Below, piece by piece: positions 44,079 to 57,250 of a stretch of 64,000 bases of DNA (within the stretch, counting starts at the first letter, position 1; each line of letters opens with the position of its first letter). Origin of the DNA: Octopus sinensis (taxonomy: Eukaryota); assembly GCF_006345805.1 (NCBI RefSeq), contig NC_042999.1, forward strand, positions 108,252,001 through 108,316,000, read 5' to 3'. The notes beneath the pieces were generated by a model, which worked only from the letters and a program-made list of their open reading frames with translations, had not been told where the DNA came from and made no database searches. The position numbers and the translations under genes were made by a program.

Positions 44079-44419
44079 AATCTGTTGTGGAATATATTAA
44101 TCTAAATCTTATATATTCTAACCCATTTAAAATGTCATTCTATATCTTTAATCATTATAATAATGTTTGATAAAGATATAAAATAACACTCATTTCCTCT
44201 AAGATCGGTAAGCTTAAAACTTCATCAGGTCATGTTTATTCATTTGTTTTTATTTTAATAGCTTAATGAAAGGAGGAGAAACAGCGCACTTTGCTGTGAG
44301 ATTTGACACTAGGGAGGAAATTATCCCCAGAGACCTGAGACCTGCTTTGAAAGCTTACTACAGAGCAAATTCTGCCATCTTGACATCCAAGAGCTAGGTG
44401 GTAGTGTTAAATTATCATC

Positions 44420-44600
44420 TTTGCCATTTAATGTTTGTTTTCCATGCTGATTTGGGTTGGATAGTATGAGAAGATCTGGCAAGCCACAGGCCTGTTCTTA
44501 TTGCCAATGTTAATTTGGCATGGTTGCTAAGGCTGGATGCCCTTCTTAATGCCAACCACTTTACAGTGTATACTGGGTGCTTTTTTCATTCCACTAGAAC
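44420..44600 (-). mobile_element. RTE-type 3'-end fragment
   Basis: 'ggctggatgcccttcttaatgccaaccac' matches 37886-37912. Confidence 0.65.
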
Positions 44601-46591
44601 TAGTGGGGCTATCAAATAACTTGGGAAAATAGAAAAAGAACAGAGAGAAGGAAAAGGAAAAATTTTTCCGCTTCAAAGTGGGGGTGGGAATATTTAAGTA
44701 TAGGGGGTGGTTTATGCTAGGTGTTGAAAGGTGTTTGTAAGTAATAATTTGTCATAAACTGTATGACAAGTTGTTACTTTTCCAATGTCTTTTGAAATAC
44801 TATTCTGCTATCAAAATAATTAAAATATGTTTGTCCTTAGCAACAGAATAATATTTTATTCCACATATCATCACTAAGTTCACCAGTATTTATGCACTTT
44901 TTTTTTTGTCACTGTTCTTTTGTTTAAGTCACTTTCAATACCTCTTTTATGTCAAGAAATCTCATTGTACTAGAAAGCATTCAGTTTCAGACTAATAAAT
45001 ATACAAATGATTCTTGTTACCAATTTGTTGTGGTCTTGCTTGTTGCTTTAAAAGATGGCCATGAAATTTCAAAGCTGCAAACATTGATCAAAATAACTCT
45101 TGATAGAAGTCCAAATTATCAATGCCTAAAACTTCATTCCTGATTCACCAAAGATTAAGACACTAATTGCAGTCTGGCTATCTGGTGATAAATTTGCATA
45201 ATAGCCTGATGTCCATCCGTAAACACCTAATTAATGTAATTAGTATGCAATCATTGATGTGTCAACACTGTTTACTACCTTAAAATGTAATTGTACTTCT
45301 TTTGTTATTATTAAGTTGCAAATGTCATGCAAAACATCAACTTTAATCTTGTCAGGTTTCAAGTAAATTAATCTACTTTAATATGTTAATTTTCACTGCA
45401 GAAAATAAAAGTTTTTATTTTGGGAAGAAATTTGCTCTTAGTCTGATCAAGTTGTTGAAATTGAAGAAGATAACGATTATTTATTCTTGATAGTTTTAAT
45501 TAAAAGTTTGTTTGATAACATTTCATATGGCTGCTTAATTCTGTTTCTCTGTGTTTTTCTTTTTTGTGTTGTTTGGTCCTAGGTCAGTTCTGATCAAGTA
45601 TTCCAGTTTTGATCACCTATTGACTTTTATATGTGCGTTGGTGTATCATCATCATCATCATAAATTGTAAACTGTGTAAAATGTTATTTAAGAGAGATTA
45701 GCCTGCTATTTCTAACGGATGAAGCGAGCAACTTTCTAATGATTTTGTCAATCCATTGCTTTTGTTGTTAGTAATAATAAAAATAATAACAACAGTAATT
45801 ATAATTGTTTCTGATTTACGTACAAGGTCAGCAATTTTCAGGGAGGGGATTGGTCTTTACCATTGACCCCCAGTGCTTAAATGGTACATTATTTAACAAC
45901 CCTGAAAAGAATGAAAAGTGAAGTTCACCTTGTAGAGATTCAGTCTGAGAAGGTATTTTACATTAAACATAAAACATCAGTATCTTCACCACTATAATTA
46001 TCATCATCATCAATGTTTAACGTCTGCTTTCCATCTATATATAAAATTGTAAGAGCTGTTATTTTCACATAAAAGAGACTTGGTAATTGTTTATACATGT
46101 TGTATTGACTGCTGTTGATAATTGAGTAGATCTATAATAAAAAACATTCAAACCATGACAATCCCATATACCAAACATTATCCAATGAGGTTTTAGATAT
46201 AATCTATTTTCAATGGGAATTCAACTGTTATTTCTAGCACATTTAGCAACCACATAAAGGACCCCGTGTTTGTTCTTATTTCAAATGTGTTTATATGCGT
46301 AATTCTTAATGCAACAAATGTGTTCATATATGTAATTCCTAATGTAAATTGCTGTTTTGGTCTTCAAGTCATGATATCGTATAACCATTAATTAAATGAA
46401 AACTAGTTCTAATTATTGGCTTTCCAATCAGGTAAAAAAATTATGTAGAAGCTATGCTAGATGAGATGGTATTTTTCTTAAAATGTTTATTGTAGGGGTA
46501 AAATTTTATTAATTCTTATTCTAAGGAAAGTTTTCTTTCTTTTACAATGCTTTCACCATCTTAAACTTTTTTCACCGTAATTTATGAAAAA

Positions 46592-47006
46592 GGCACAGGT
46601 GTGACTGTGTGGTTAAGAAATTTGCTTTCAAACTAATTAGTCTTGAGTTTGATTTCACTGTGTGACATCTTGAGTAAGAAACTTTAATTGTAGCCCTGGG
46701 CCAACTAAAAGCCTTGTGAGTGAATTTGATAGACAAAAATGAAAGAAACCCATCATGCATCCATGTGTGAGTGTGTGTTATATTAATATATTCTAGTTGT
46801 AAAATGGGTGTTGCCATCATGCAAGCAGTGTCCTTTGTTTTCTACCTTCTGTGAAAATATGTTCATCCATGGAGTAATATTACTTTGCTTAGAAATAGGT
46901 AAGAGTAGATGACAGGAAGAGCATCCAGTCCTAGAAAATCTGCCTCATTGAATTAATTCTGACCCATACTTGAATGGTTAAAGTGAATGTTAAAATGATG
47001 ATGATG
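46592..47006 (+). mobile_element. Family-A SINE with RTE-like tail
   Basis: Family-A head, then gacaggaagagcatcc...gaaaatctgcctc...gatgatgatg. Confidence 0.7.
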
Positions 47007-47059
47007 TGATGCAAAATCAAATATTTCATAATTATTTTGGACCATCAAGAAACATTATC

Positions 47060-47496
47060 CTCATCATCATCATCATCATCATGGTTACATGAGTCAAACG
47101 GAATTTGTTGAGGCAGATCTTAAATGGCCATTTGCCCTTCTTGTCACTGACCCTCATCTGTTTCCAAGTAAGTTAATATTTCATGACCATACATATTCTT
47201 ATGGAAGATTAAAAACAAAGGACAAAGCTTATATGATAGTGATGCTCAATGTCAAGACAAAGAAACTCAAGCATACACACACTCATGCTCACATATACAC
47301 ATTTGTATATATATATATATATACATACATGAGTATATATACACACAATTGGCTTCTTTCAGTTTGTGTTTACCAAATCCATTCAAAAGGTTTTGGTCAG
47401 TCTAGCATGACAGCATGACACTTACCTAATTTGCCGCATGGTGAGACTGAACCTGAAACCTTGGTGTTGGGAAGCAAACTGTTTAACCACACAGCC
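47060..47496 (-). mobile_element. Family-A SINE with RTE-like tail, inverted relative to its neighbour
   Basis: (cat)n, gaggcagat, gcccttcttgtc, ending ttaaccacacagcc (reverse complement of head). Confidence 0.7.
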
Positions 47497-50400
47497 CCTA
47501 CTGATCTACTGAAAATAATCTTGTGATCATAGCTATAGTGGATATTCAATTATTATTAGAAGCAGTGAATATTCTTTAATTTTAAAGTATCCAATGCTAG
47601 TGTGTTGAAATTTTATAAAATCAGCGTTTGTCATATTAAACATTCAAAAGCTTATTACTGAGTAAATAAACTGTTTTTAAGAATGTATCTATATCTCCAA
47701 CTTTAATATCCAAGGAGGTTTTCCTTGTATCTTGTGAATATATTTATTAAATATTCCCAATGCTAACTTTATTGCTAGTTGAATCTATGTAATTCCGTTG
47801 ATATTTACATGAGGTTGTTGTCAAGTAAGTTGATCACCCAATACATAACAACAAATCAAGCAGTACAGAATCAAGTATTATTTAAATTGTTCAATTTACG
47901 TCACAAATTGAGCCATTTCAAATCCTGTAATATGCCTTTAGCTTAAACTATGTAGCTCACTTAACTCTGTATAATTTTCCTTAGCAATAAGCATTAAATA
48001 AATTTATACTATATAATTCATGAGCAGTGGCATCCTTGGTTACAGATATCCAACAGGTCATTCTCTACTTCACTGCATTTTCAAAGACAGAAGTGAAAAA
48101 AAGAGTATTGGTAACTCATTGCAGAACATATATTAACAGGAGGCTTCATTCAAAGAACTCTGGTCTCTTTTTGCTCTCTTAATCTTGTTTACTTATTTTT
48201 CTTGCACACACATGCACATGCACGCTCACACACACACATGTATGTATACACATACACACAACTGACTTCTGTGCAGTTTTCAGTTGTAAGCTATTAATAA
48301 TTCTGAAGCTATGACAGAAAACCCAAAGCAAATGTGTCTTCAATGCAGAGGTATCAACCCCGAACTTTGTTATTGTAAAGCAAGCTTATTTACCTCACAG
48401 CCATGTATTCACTTGTAGAATTAGTATATGTCATATTTTCCAAGTGCATATGGCTATTTTATTACATGCACCACTCCTTTGATGGTTCATTATAAAAAAA
48501 AAATCTAAGTAAACTTATAGTAAAATACTTTGAGATATAGAAATATTTTTGAGATATACTTTGAGATTTAGAAATGTTTAACTAAAACAGTTGTCATCTA
48601 TCTTATGGATAATAATAATCAGTGTACAAGAAACTATGATTGTAAACTTTGGCAAAAATCCAACATTTGAGCAAAAGATAGTTTATAGAAAAGTCTTTCT
48701 CAAGCTGTATGGTTGAAGTTGTTTCTAATTAACAGTCTTTGTGGTAAATATGTGAAGCTAGGTTTGTGAATAATTAGTGATTAATGAAGACAATACACTT
48801 CATTTATGTGTAATATTATAAGCAAATATATAAAGCAACAGAGGTAGGCCACATTTGGTATATGCTACACTAGGTCATTCTAAAGATGGAATTGAAATTT
48901 TTTTTTTATATCAACAAAATTAGTGATTTTTAACTAAATTGATAATAAAAATATTAACTTTTGTGAGAAATTGATGCTACTTTGGAAATACTCTGTTTTC
49001 TAAGTTAAAGGTGTCGGTGATAATATTGAAGTTGTTTAAATTTCAGAGAATAGTTTTAAAAGATTGAGATGACTTACTGATAACAGCTTTATCAAACTCT
49101 AATTATTTTGTTACTTTTATTTGTAAAGATAATTTATCATGAAATATTATTGGATTATTAAGCAACCTATGTAATGTAATACCCTATCTTTCTCTTTGCC
49201 TTTTGTTCCTTGGTATCATCTTACATTGCTTAAAGGTTTTTACAAACATTTATCTGACTTTTGTAAAGTTTTAATTTTAAAACAATAGCCAACAAAGAAA
49301 TCAGATTTAAAACTGCCTAGTGAGCACTTTTCTTAGCATAGAGTTGCCTGTGTTATAATCTTAAAATGTTTATTTTAAGATTATATAGCAGTCTTTGTTC
49401 CCATTGTTTCAAATCACCCTTGATTGAATAACTCTATGATTTTTGCTACTCATGCAATGACTATCCTGACCTTTTGGGTGTATATGTAGGACTACATTAT
49501 ATAATGTGTCCTTTTCTTTGCCAAGACTGTAGACCATGGTTTGATGATGATTTGATGATGATAGTATCCCAAAAAATGTAGGAAATAATTGCTTAAGTGA
49601 ATAGAGTTAATTTATATCTCATTTTCAAAAATGACATCAATGAATATATGAATATATTTTCAGATGTGCTCTAAACACAGATTTCAAAGATTATCATTTT
49701 TCAGGCAATTAACCTCATCTATAGAAATGATTGAGTTTTTCAGTATTTGTACCCTTTATTAAGGCTGTGCTTTTAAGGATCACTTCTAAAGTATGTGCTG
49801 CAATATATCCAATTTTAGTATTTATGACTACATTACATTTGATCAGTTTGATCTTTTGCTATCAACATGAAAGTATAAATAGGATAATGCTATATTCATA
49901 CTTGGAGCCTTTATTTCTGATATAATTAGATACAGAGATAAGCTACTTCGTAATTATAAATATAATAATAAATCAATTAAAATGTAGTATACATGTAAGT
50001 ATAGGAAAATTTCTAAAAATTGATTTAATTGTATTAAGAATTATCTTATCAAAATTCATAACAGACATTTCGACATTTAAATATCTAAATAAATAATGAT
50101 CTGTTTTTGTTAAATATAGTTTGTATCGAGTATGGTGGGGAGCATAGTTAGTTAAAACATCGACTGATAAACAAGACAAAAGGTAAAATGTTCTTTTATG
50201 TATTTGAACTTGAGGGAATGGGAATTCAAATGTTAAGTATAAAATTATTTGAATTTGCTCTCTGCAGCTCTGCAATTTACTTCCACACTTGATGTGAATG
50301 TTAAGAATATTGATCTTTTCTTTACTATTCAGAAGGTTAACTTCTGTAAGAGAAGGTCAATAATAGTCAAGGGAATTGAAATATATTACTGGTATTTGTT

Positions 50401-51307
50401 TTAGTAACTCATTTTTAACAATCTTACTAAAACAGCCCTGGTTCTATGATGCAAAGTATTTTGAGCTTTAAAGTGTTTATATCAGTTAAAACCTTCTATC
50501 ATAATATTATATAAGACTATTTAGGAAAAAATTAATTTCTTCATGAAATCCATCTAAATTTTTCTTTATTAAAAAAAATCTTTTGCTATTTAAAAAAATT
50601 AATTAAAACATACACATTAGTTCAGTAGAGAAATGTTCCTGAAAAGATCAATCAATGACTTAAATTCAAAACAAAAGCTCAATGTCCAGTAAATTTTGAA
50701 GCCATAGGTAGCAGTGAAGTCAATTTAATTAATCCCATCATATGACTGGTACTTATTTTATATACACTAGAACAATGAATATCAATGTCAATCCTAGTTG
50801 AATTTTGACTCAGAACACAAATGGAAATCACTAAATAGAATAATAATGATAATTGCACCTAATATAGGCAGAAGGTCAGCAATTTTGAGTGGAGAGAGAG
50901 CTAATTGATTCCATCAACCATCACTATTTGATTGGTAGTTATTTTATCAAACTTGGAGTAAAAATGATCATAATACTAATGATATATTAATCAGATAACT
51001 TTACAGGTAATAAGCTGCTGCCATTTTCATTCCTTTCCTCTAGGTATTTAGTGAGATAAGGGAACTGATTCCAACTGGGAATCAAAACCAGGCCAGACCC
51101 ACAATTTACTGAGAGTTTGCTCTCAGAATTCTCTTTTCATCAATGAAACATAATTAAGTAAACACTAAAATTAGAATCAGCAACCAGTGTTGTAAGAGTG
51201 TATGACAGGAAAAAAAAAATCTATTTTAATATTTCTGCTATCTAGGGCTTTTGTTAGTGAGATTGCATACTTATCTAAATGTATATTTGTATGTGTGTAT
51301 ATATACA

Positions 51308-51342
<35 letters not shown>

Positions 51343-51838
51343 ATGCATGCATGCACTTGTGTTTATGAGTTCATGTGACCTGCCATATACTTCACTTCAA
51401 TTATATTAAAATGAAAAATATTTTTACTGATATTGACTGAGTACCGTCAACTAATACAATAAGACAAACTCTCTTGAGGATGTCTTTTAACTTTTCCAAT
51501 TTTCATAAAATATTTTCCCTGTAAACTAAATCTATTATCAAAGAAATTTATGACTCTATACTTTGAATAGAAACATAAACTTTAGAAACATTCTAATCTA
51601 TCCAATGTGTTTTCCACAAAGTGAATCAGAGTTCTGTGATCAGTTGACACTTGCTTTTGTTTTGATATTTCATTTCTTTATTCTTGTTATGTTTATTTCC
51701 ACTTGGCTGTGTGTGTATGTGTGTGTTTTATGTGCAAAAGAGATTGTACCCATGGACTTCATAGATGGGCTAATTTTAGTGAGATTTTAGTGTTTAATGT
51801 TCAGATTGAGAAGTTACAAGTGAACCGTTGCAACAAGT

Positions 51839-52030
51839 GCAGGAGTGGCTATGTGGTAAGTAGCTTGCTTATCAACCACACGGTTCTGGGTTCAGTCCCA
51901 CTGCGTGGCACCTTGGGCAAATGTTTTCTACTATAGCTTCGGGCTGACCAAAGCCTTGTGAGTGGATTTGGTAGGCGGAAACTGAAAGAAGCCCATCGTA
52001 TATGTGTGTGTGTATATATATATATATATC

Positions 52031-52061
<31 letters not shown>

Positions 52062-52270
52062 GTATATGTTTGTGTGTCTGTGTTTGTCCCCCAACATCAC
52101 TTGACAACCGATGCTGGTGTAGTCACATCCCCGTAACTTAGCAGTTCGGCAAAAGAGACCAATAGAATAAGTACTAGGCTTACAAAGAAAAAGTCCTGGG
52201 GTCGATTCTTTGACTAAAGGTGGTGCTCCAGCATGGCCACAGTCAAATGACTGAAACAAGTAAAAGAGAA
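51839..52270 (+). mobile_element. Full-length family-A SINE
   Basis: Highly similar to 19243-19657. Confidence 0.9.
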
Positions 52271-52661
52271 AGAGTAAAGAGAGCCAAAGAAAGAATTTAA
52301 ACAAGTGACAGCCTGAAGATGATATACCAAGCATAGTGATCAGTACAGGGTTTCTATGCGGGTACAATATAGGTGATGAGAGGTAGAGTAGTGAGCAAAG
52401 TAGGAATACTTGAGTAAGATGCCATAATATTAAGTGACACAGAAGTGACTGGAGTTGTAATAGAAAAGGCAAAGAGAGGAGACAGGTAGAAATGTCTTGG
52501 TGAGTGATTTGATACCAATTAGTTGGAAGACCTTTCTGAGGAAATAGGCTAGAAAAATGTGTTACAACAACAATGTGTCCAATGTAAGACCAGTACATCA
52601 TTGTACTGGTCTTATGTAAGTCTTGCTTGAGTTTTGTAGATGGTCTGTAGTTGCTAAGAGG

Positions 52662-53070
52662 CAGCACTGGATTAACCATTAAGCAAAATAAGCATGTGTT
52701 TAGGGTATCAAGCAATTGGGGAGCATCACAGAAATAGTAAGTGGTTTATGGCACAAAAGAAATCACTTGAAACTTGTTAAAATAATATTCGGGATGCCCT
52801 TATCTCTACAAAGTTTAGAAGTAGATGTGTTACATAAGATTAATTTTGAGGATCTGATCAAAGACTTTGCAATTAAAAAAGATAAAGCTTTTCAAGCATA
52901 AATAAAGTGGAAGTATACAAAAATAAACATTATTTTCCTTCTTACTGTTAGTTTTGTTTCATTTTGAAAACTAAAACTTTATTTCATGGTTATATTTTGA
53001 ATTACTTATATATAAAGGTACCAAAATCTTGTAAGTGCTTAGGGCCTCTATGAGTCATAATCCAGCCCTA
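52662..53070 (+). mobile_element. Internally deleted hAT DNA transposon
   Basis: Imperfect TIRs cagcactggattaa / ataatccagcccta (10/14); ORF 52716-52901 ends HLKLVK...SLEVDVLHKINFEDLIKDFAIKK, resembling the hAT C-terminal dimerisation region. Confidence 0.65.
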
Positions 53071-53159
53071 CTATTTTGTCAGGATGGAAATTATTGTGGT
53101 TTTATTATTTCAAGGTGCTTGCATAGGATTATCTCACACGGATTAGTGTGTTTATTGAC

Positions 53160-53592
53160 TTAGTGTAGCTATGAAGGGTACTTCCCAGCCTTATGAGTTC
53201 ATGTTCACTCCCACTGTGTGGCACCTTGAGCAACTGTCTTCTACTAGGTTGATCAACTTCTACCAGGCTGATCACAGCCTTATGAGTGGATGTGGCAGGT
53301 GGAAACTGAAAGAAACCCATCATATGTGTGTGTGTGTGTGTGAGTGTGTATATGTTTGTTTCTCTTTCTGTTAGTATTCATGGCTGTTGTAAATGAATTT
53401 CATTTATGTACAATATTTTGCTAAAGCATGTCCAGCCATGTGGAAATATTACCTTGTTTGGAAACAGGTGAGGGTTGATGACAGGAAGGGCATCCAACCA
53501 TAGAAAATCTGCCTCAATAAACTCCTCCTTAACCATGTAAACATGGAAAAGTGGCTGTTAAAAGAATGGTGATGATGATAATGATGATGATG
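53160..53592 (+). mobile_element. Family-A SINE with RTE-like tail
   Basis: ccactgtgtggcaccttgagcaa, ggaaactgaaagaaaccc, gacaggaagggcatcc, (gat)n tail. Confidence 0.7.
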
Positions 53593-54160
53593 AGGCTCTG
53601 GTAGAATTAGAGGTTTTCTATTTGATGCGTGACAGTTTTCATCAGATGACATCTTTCCAAATCTAGTTTAAATACATGTAAAAGAACTGTAAATACTTTA
53701 TAGTAAGTTCTGTAGAAGAAATTCAACTGCTGCTAGCTTCTAAAGGAATTCTTTGATTTGACAAGTATGATAAGCAGCATGTTGCGATTTTGGCAACACA
53801 GTACTGAACCAAATGTCTGGCAAGATTGAGACCAGAAGTGACCTGGATTTCTGGGCTTTTCTGTTTTTTTGGACACAGCTAAATGTATACTTAAAATATA
53901 AAATAAATTATGAAAAGTAAGTAACTAAATTGTATGTAACAGATTCAAATTTATACATTGAAGCAGTGTTTGTTTGGTATTTATTGACTTCTTAAAATAT
54001 ATCATACATACACACACATGTGCCTGTATCTATTCATGTTTATACCACTTAAAAACTGGTGTTTTATTTAGTTTGTGTTCCTTTACATCCCATAACTTAG
54101 CAGTTCGATAACAGATCAATAAAATAAGTACTAGGCAAATCATCAACCTTTTCACTGTTC

Positions 54161-54245
54161 TATATTTAAGAGATGACATATGATGTAGTGGTTAAGAGCG
54201 CAGGCTACTAACTCCCAAGATTCCGAGTTCGATTCCAGGCAGTGA

Positions 54246-54285
<40 letters not shown>

Positions 54286-54435
54286 TACAACATTGAAAAA
54301 TATCTTAGGAATGAGAACCCAGGTTCGAAATTTCCCCAAGACACCTGACGAAAGCTGGAGGGTATATCAGCCGAAATGTGTTAACAAACAAGATAAGACA
54401 ACTATCCGTCAATTGTAAATAATGTAAATAATGTG
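54161..54435 (+). mobile_element. tRNA-headed SINE-like element carrying a hammerhead motif, with 13-bp TSD
   Basis: A box tgatgtagtgg (54181), B box gagttcgattcc (54225), internal (AAT)n, hammerhead 54341-54381, tail tgtaaataatgtaaataatg; flanks cttttcactgttc (54148-54160) / ctttttactgttc (54436-54448). Confidence 0.75.
54341..54381 (+). ncRNA. Minimal type-I hammerhead ribozyme motif (this copy lacks part of stem III)
   Basis: acac-CUGACGA-aa-gcug(gaggguauau)cagc-c-GAAA-u-gugu; stem I acac/gugu, stem II gcug/cagc. Confidence 0.55.
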
Positions 54436-57034
54436 CTTTTTACTGTTCATTATTCATTTTCCCTTCCTCATATATGAGCTGTTGATGTTAGATTTTATTG
54501 TCTCTGGGAATATCCTAGAATTATGATAACCATAATCTTGCAAAATCACATGATGCTTAACTTATTTGTTAAATCAACAACATCATGAGATATGTACTGA
54601 AACTTCTATAATCAGTTAAACTTTTGAAGATGATGTTCCAGCATGACCACAATCCAATGACTGAAACTAAGGGGGAAAAAAAGCAGAAAAAGAAAAAGAA
54701 TTCTAGCTTCATGAATTAGCAATGTGCATTTCTTAGGAGTTTACACAGCCTGCTGAGTATCTTCATAATTACAATGGAACATTTATTTTCTCAACTTTTT
54801 AACTATTAATCATATTCCCATCTCTTATCTAAGCTCAGTGAAATCAATAGAATTAATCACTCTTTACCTCGTTATCAGGTAATTTTACTTTTTAGATATT
54901 CACCAAATATTAAGATGTTTTTCAGAAGCTAGGAACTTTGCTTATTTTTTTTGTTTCTTTAAGTAAGATGCCTTATCAATCTGCATCTTAGTTCGCTCAA
55001 AACAAAAACCCCAAAATAAACTTGTCGTTCATTATGTAATATCAAGAAATTGCTTGTAACTTAAGTATTGAGGATATTTTTTATCAGTAGTAATATGCGC
55101 TTTTTACAATACTTTCCCAATTCTTAGGTAGTCAGAGAAATGTTTTGCCAAAACTGATATGAATGGTTTCCATTTAGAAATATTATCGAACAATGCCATA
55201 AGGATGACAAGTTTTCTGGATTTTATGTTCTACTTTAGACATATCTTACATGTATATTTTAAAGTATACATGTAACTAATAGTGTAATTCAGTTTCTCAG
55301 ATGAAGCATCTAGTACAGTCATTCTCAAGGTGAGGTGCTTACCCAACCAGTGTGCTGGAACAATATTTTGATTGGGGTGTGGAACTTTAGAATGAAGCAT
55401 AAGTAACAATGAATTTTTATTTTGAGTCATGGGCCAAAAAAAGTTTAAGAAATAGTGAATGAATAAAAATACATTTCTGCTGGTTTTAACACTGTGTATT
55501 CCAGTTGTTTCAACTGCTGAACTCCCTACTCATTGTATTATAATATATATATGACTGAATATTCCAACTACACACGTACTGTTAATGTAATTCTCAGAGA
55601 TTCAGCATGCTACAGTATGTAATGTAGTCCATTGAATTATGAGTACAGTTCATCTACACAGTTTCTCTCAACCCAGTTTCTCTCACAAGTCTTGTGTTAA
55701 CACAAGGCCATAACAGAAAACATTAGTCTTAGATACTGGACAGTATGATTAAAACTAGGACATCACTATTGAAAAGCAATCTTCTTAACTACCCAGCCAG
55801 GTGTTTGTCTCAAAGTAATTTATCAGTAAACATTATTATCTGTTTCAAATTCTATGTTTGATATTATATACAGTAAAATTTATGTAATCCAAAGTCATTC
55901 TGCTTAGAGACTCTTTTATAGGAGATCATCATCAACAATGGTTTTAGATAACTTTAAATAGTTACTCTGATTTTGTAAATGTTATATTTGCTGTGAGTTC
56001 TTCAATTTCATAAACAATTTTGTAGATAACTTATTTAAATCAATGCACTTTACAAACTAAACCAGCATCACAACCAACATAATTCCATCTCATATTACCT
56101 AATGAGTGTAATCTTAGTGCAGTTGTCCAACCTAAAAAATAGTTGCCAAATTTCCCTCAAATCACATTGATGGGAAAATTTAACAATGCAGTCATGCATA
56201 TGATAAAGAGACGAGAATGCTTTTGATCATAGGTCTAATCAATTAGAAATGTCATTTTAACAAACGAAAACAGAATATTTAGTAAAAATTGTGATTAGGC
56301 ATTTCTGCATTTGAACCATCATAAATCAGACAAGGATAAGAAATCACAGTCATTCTAATCTTGTCTATTTTCTTATTTTCTTCTTTGAGATAATGTTCAA
56401 TGTGTCCTTTTCTTGGTAGAGCTAGGGTATGATTAAAAGATTTGATAATTATTTCTAGCAAGTCAATTCATCATGTGCAACAATGTTTCTCAACTGTTTT
56501 TAACTTTGAGGATCAGTGGAGATCAAGCAAAAACGTTACTGACCCACTTCACATGGAAAGGTTTGAAAAAAATGTATTTTCAAGATAAAAAAATTTCAAA
56601 AAGAATGTGTCACATTATGTTAAAAATACCAGTTCTCTGTTGATCACTGAAGTGAGACAATTTTAAGCACAATGTGTACATAGATACACATCCTTTTATA
56701 AAGGCATATAGACTATTGGTTAAAGTGTTTGGCTCATGATCACAAAGTCATAGTTTCAGTTTCTAAGATTGAGCAGGCACATGTACTTGAGCAAGGCTTT
56801 CCATTTCATGTTGCTCCAATCTACTCACTAGTAAAGATGTACTAACTGTATGCTACTGCAGCTCTTTGCTTCCAGCTGTCACATCCTGGATTAAGTTCAA
56901 GGTCACAGATGATAAAGCTCAGAAGGTGTTTATGTCTCCTCAATATTACATACACATCCAAACAATTAACAAAAGAATATTGCACCTTACCAACTCAATT
57001 TGTTCATGAGTGATGGCTGGCTATATTTTATTCA

Positions 57035-57250
57035 TCATCATCATCATGTAACATTCATTTTTCCCTGCTTGCATGGGTCAGGTGGAGCTTGTTGAGGCAG
57101 ATTTTCTATGGCTAGATGCCCTTCCTGTTGCCAACCTTCACCTGTTTCCAAGCATGGTTATATTTCCCCATTTCCAGACATATTTTTCAGAGAAGACTGG
57201 AAATTAAGAACATTGCTTGTATGACAATGATGCTTGTTTACAACCATCAT
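57035..57250 (-). mobile_element. SINE/RTE-like tail fragment
   Basis: (cat)n, gttgaggcagattttc, gatgcccttcctgttgccaacc. Confidence 0.65.

Noticed and set aside
51849-52715. 288-aa minus-strand ORF
   Set aside because: Runs through a SINE, a (TA)n tract and a hAT end; no domain-like content
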